64,000 nt of DNA from Arenicellales bacterium (GTDB lineage: Bacteria; Pseudomonadota; Gammaproteobacteria; Arenicellales; Poriferihabitantaceae): assembly GCA_963665165.1 (NCBI GenBank), contig OY761989.1, positions 1,519,734 to 1,583,733 of the forward strand. Direction: 5' to 3'. The position numbers were made by a program, and so were the translations under genes. Shown here piece by piece: positions 61,175-64,000 of this stretch. The number at the start of each line of letters is the position of its first letter. Within the stretch, counting starts at the first letter, position 1. The notes beneath the pieces are model-generated. The model was not told the origin of the DNA. It did not search any database and was given only the letters and a program-made list of their open reading frames with translations.

Positions 61175-63477
61175 TCGACTTCAGGCGGTCCGGGGGCGAG
61201 CACCTCCCGTTTACCGTTGACCGGAGGCGATACCACCCCGGTCCGTTCCATGGTTTCGATCATTCTGGCCGCCCGATTGTAACCCACCCGCAAGACACGC
61301 TGCACGGAGGAAATGGAAGCTTTCCCGCTTTGCGTGACGAAACGAACGGCCTCGTCATACAGCGGGTCTTCCTCCCCTTCCCCGTCGGCCGCCATACCTG
61401 GAGCGCCGTCGTCCGGGATACCTTCGGTGATCTCCTCATTGTAGACAGGTTGCCCCAGTTTTTTCAGATCAGCCACAATCTTCGCGACCTCTTCATCCGA
61501 GACGAAAGAACCATGAACCCGCTGGGTAAAACCGGTGCCCGGGGGGAGAAACAGCATGTCGCCCTGCCCCAGGAGCTGCTCGGCGCCCATCTGGTCAAGC
61601 ACGGTTCTGGAATCAACGCGCGATGAAACCTGAAAGGCCATTCTGGCAGGCACATTCGCTTTGATCAGGCCAGTCACCACATCCACGGAAGGCCGCTGGG
61701 TCGCAAGCACCAGATGGATACCCGCGGCCCTGGCGCGCTGCGCGATGCGTATGATGATTTCCTCGATTTTCTTGCCCGCCACCATCATCAGGTCGGCCAG
61801 TTCATCCACGATCACGACAATATAGGGTAATGCCCCGAGGATCTCCGGCCCGGCGCTTTCCTCCTCTTCCTGGAGAGGGTTGACCAATGGACTGCCGGTA
61901 TGGGTCGCAGTTTCCACTTTCCGGTTGAAGCCTGCGATGTTTCGTACGGAAACTTCCGCCATCAATCGAAACCGGCGATCCATCTCGACAATGCACCAGC
62001 GCAGCGCATTCGCCGCCTTGTTCATGTCGGTCACGACAGGGGTCAGCAAATGGGGGATGCCGTCGTAGACGGACAGTTCAAGAAACTTCGGGTCCACCAT
62101 GATCATCCGCACCTGTCCGGGAGTGGATTTGTAGATCAGGCTCAGGATCAGGGCGTTGACACAGACGGATTTCCCCGACCCGGTGGTCCCCGCAATCAAC
62201 AGATGCGGCATTGCGGAGAGATCGGAAATTACGGGATTACCGGCGATATCCTTGCCCAGCACCAGTGTCAACGGCGAGGCGCTGATTTCATATTCCTTCG
62301 AAGAGAGGCCCTCTATCAGGCGCACGACTTCGCGGTGTTCATTCGGAACCTCGATGCCAACGGTCGATTTACCCGGAATGTTTTCAACCACCCTGACACT
62401 GGCGACCGACAGGGAACGCGCCAGGTCGCGGGACAAACCCACAATCTGGCTCGCCTTGATACCAGCGGCGGGTTCTATCTCGAAACGCGTGATGACCGGT
62501 CCGGGGCAGACCGCTTCCACGGTAATATCGACATTGAAGTCTTTCAGCTTTTTGACCAGTAATCGGGACATCGTTTCCAGAACTTCCGTGGAGTAACCCC
62601 TGCCGTCCGGAATCACAGGGTCCAGCAAAGACAATTCCGGTAACACGCCCCCATCTCTTTTCTGCTCCCGAGAACCGGTCCGGCTTTCCGGCTGTTTGCG
62701 TTCGTCCCGCCCGATGTCCTGAATCCGGGGTTCTATCTTCGGCGGTTTATTCTCTGGCGGCTCCGGCCCGGTTTTTTTAGCCGTGGGCTTTTTCACCTTG
62801 CCGGACTTTTTACGCTTCCTGTTCCTGTCATCGAGCAAACCTTCGGTTTTCCTTCTGATCCAGCCTGCGAAAACGAAAGCCTGATAGCCGGTACGATCCA
62901 TCAGGGCAAGCCACGAAACGTGCCCGACCAGCGTAATCCCGGTAATCAGCAGGGCGAGCAGAATCACCGTGGCGCCAACGGTTCCAAAATTCAACTGGAG
63001 CGGCCGGGCTCCGTATTGGCCAATGATTCCACCCGCGTGGAAATTGATCGCAGGGTCATGGACAGGAAAATAGATGTGCTCCAGGACACAGGCCCCTGTC
63101 ATCGCCGACACGAACCCGAAAATCGTCAGGAAATATCTTAAATCCGTTGCCTTGTCCATAAAGCGTTCCCGGTATCTGCGCCATACCATGACACATAAAA
63201 GAATCAGGAACAGCCAGGACACCCGCCCGAACACGGTAAACAGCAAGTCGGATATCCAGGCGCCCACCTTCCCCCCGGTATTGACGATTTCCTTTGCACT
63301 GCCTGTGTGCGTAGGTCCGGGATCGACGGGAGACCAGGTGAGCAGGGAAATGAACAAATATCCAAGCAGCGCCACAAGAGCGATTATCCCGGCTTCCCGC
63401 AACATGGGTCCGAGGTTTTTTGATAAACCCGAGCCGGAACCCAGTGTTTTCAGGATTTTCTTTTTGGTTTCATTCAC
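61171..63477 (-). CDS. ftsK: DNA translocase FtsK
   Basis: N-terminal TM segments, a Pro/Lys-rich linker, the motor domain with GTTGSGKSV, and a C-terminal gamma winged helix. Confidence 0.95.
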   Translation of the reverse strand: MNETKKKILKTLGSGSGLSKNLGPMLREAGIIALVALLGYLFISLLTWSPVDPGPTHTGSAKEIVNTGGKVGAWISDLLFTVFGRVSWLFLILLCVMVWRRYRERFMDKATDLRYFLTIFGFVSAMTGACVLEHIYFPVHDPAINFHAGGIIGQYGARPLQLNFGTVGATVILLALLITGITLVGHVSWLALMDRTGYQAFVFAGWIRRKTEGLLDDRNRKRKKSGKVKKPTAKKTGPEPPENKPPKIEPRIQDIGRDERKQPESRTGSREQKRDGGVLPELSLLDPVIPDGRGYSTEVLETMSRLLVKKLKDFNVDITVEAVCPGPVITRFEIEPAAGIKASQIVGLSRDLARSLSVASVRVVENIPGKSTVGIEVPNEHREVVRLIEGLSSKEYEISASPLTLVLGKDIAGNPVISDLSAMPHLLIAGTTGSGKSVCVNALILSLIYKSTPGQVRMIMVDPKFLELSVYDGIPHLLTPVVTDMNKAANALRWCIVEMDRRFRLMAEVSVRNIAGFNRKVETATHTGSPLVNPLQEEEESAGPEILGALPYIVVIVDELADLMMVAGKKIEEIIIRIAQRARAAGIHLVLATQRPSVDVVTGLIKANVPARMAFQVSSRVDSRTVLDQMGAEQLLGQGDMLFLPPGTGFTQRVHGSFVSDEEVAKIVADLKKLGQPVYNEEITEGIPDDGAPGMAADGEGEEDPLYDEAVRFVTQSGKASISSVQRVLRVGYNRAARMIETMERTGVVSPPVNGKREVLAPGPPEVE

Positions 63478-63516
63478 CGGGCAATCAATCAGGTTGGATC
63501 AGGCCGGATTCTAGCA

Positions 63517-64000
63517 TCAAGTATGTTCTCTGGTATGGAGTCTTTCCAGCACCGAGCTCAATTGTTCCGGCAAGGGCGCGTCGAAACTCACTGGCCTGCC
63601 CGAATCCGGGTGTACGATAGAAAGGGCATGAGCATGAAGGAACAGGCGGCCCAACCCCGGTTTCCTCATTGCCCGGTTGAAATCGCGATTGCCATAAGTG
63701 CGGTCACCGGCGACAGGATGGCCCGCCGCGGCGCAGTGTACCCGCGCCTGATGCATCCTTCCGGTTTCAAGCTCAAGTCGCACCAGAGTCCCCTCCGCAT
63801 ATCTGGAAACGGTGGAAATCACACTGGCCGCTCTCTGGCCATTCGGATCCACCCTGGTTTTTTTCATATCGCCGGCCGCCATTCTCAACAAGGGAAGGTC
63901 AATTCTCTGATCCGTTGCGCGCCAATCCCCCTCCACCAGGGCCAGATAGATTTTTTCCGCCGGACGTTCCGCGCTGAATTGTGATTGTATCGCCAGCAGG
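63517..64000 (-). CDS. RluA-family pseudouridine synthase; the 5' end lies beyond the right window edge
   Basis: EKIYLALVEGDW and GRMHQARVH...AGHPVAGDRTYG. The frame stays open from 63936 to base 64000 in my manual translation. Confidence 0.85.
   Translation of the reverse strand, partial: LLAIQSQFSAERPAEKIYLALVEGDWRATDQRIDLPLLRMAAGDMKKTRVDPNGQRAASVISTVSRYAEGTLVRLELETGRMHQARVHCAAAGHPVAGDRTYGNRDFNRAMRKPGLGRLFLHAHALSIVHPDSGRPVSFDAPLPEQLSSVLERLHTREHT

Overview
This 64-kb window reads as chromosomal DNA of a gammaproteobacterium-like organism. All calls come from reading the ORF translations and the DNA by eye, with no searches run.

From about 7.3 kb to the right edge the window is dense, syntenic housekeeping. 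It holds a Cys/Met PLP enzyme, gshA, dusA, acs, an arginase-family enzyme, a TauE/SafE exporter, a CDF transporter and a livHMGF-type ABC operon with a Tat-signal binding protein. It continues with hemL, rpmE, rho, a MocR-type regulator, an FKBP isomerase, radA, alr, dnaB, rplI-rpsR-rpsF, aceE-aceF-lpd and recO-era-rnc-lepB-lepA. The right part holds a tupBC-like ABC pair with mobA, alaX, redox enzymes, a beta carbonic anhydrase, greA, carBA, dapB, serS, crcB, lolA, ftsK and a partial RluA-family gene. I found no rRNA, tRNA, CRISPR array, IS element or recombinase.

The only clearly accessory DNA is the first 7.3 kb. It contains a partial DUF4143-type AAA+ ATPase and a metallophosphoesterase. 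Next comes a decayed, frameshifted duplicate of the 3' part of the Cys/Met PLP gene. Between that fragment and the intact gene sits a five-gene same-strand cassette (1973-7322).

That cassette is my main candidate for an undescribed system. Its first gene encodes a GHKL/Bergerat-fold ATP-binding protein. Its second encodes a 727-aa protein with a degenerate PRTase-like loop. The other three are tightly coupled ORFs that I cannot assign to any family.

Secondary observations are a vapBC toxin-antitoxin relic fused onto the arginase-family gene, a leader with alternative pairings upstream of the tupBC-like/mobA operon, and a few intrinsic terminators.
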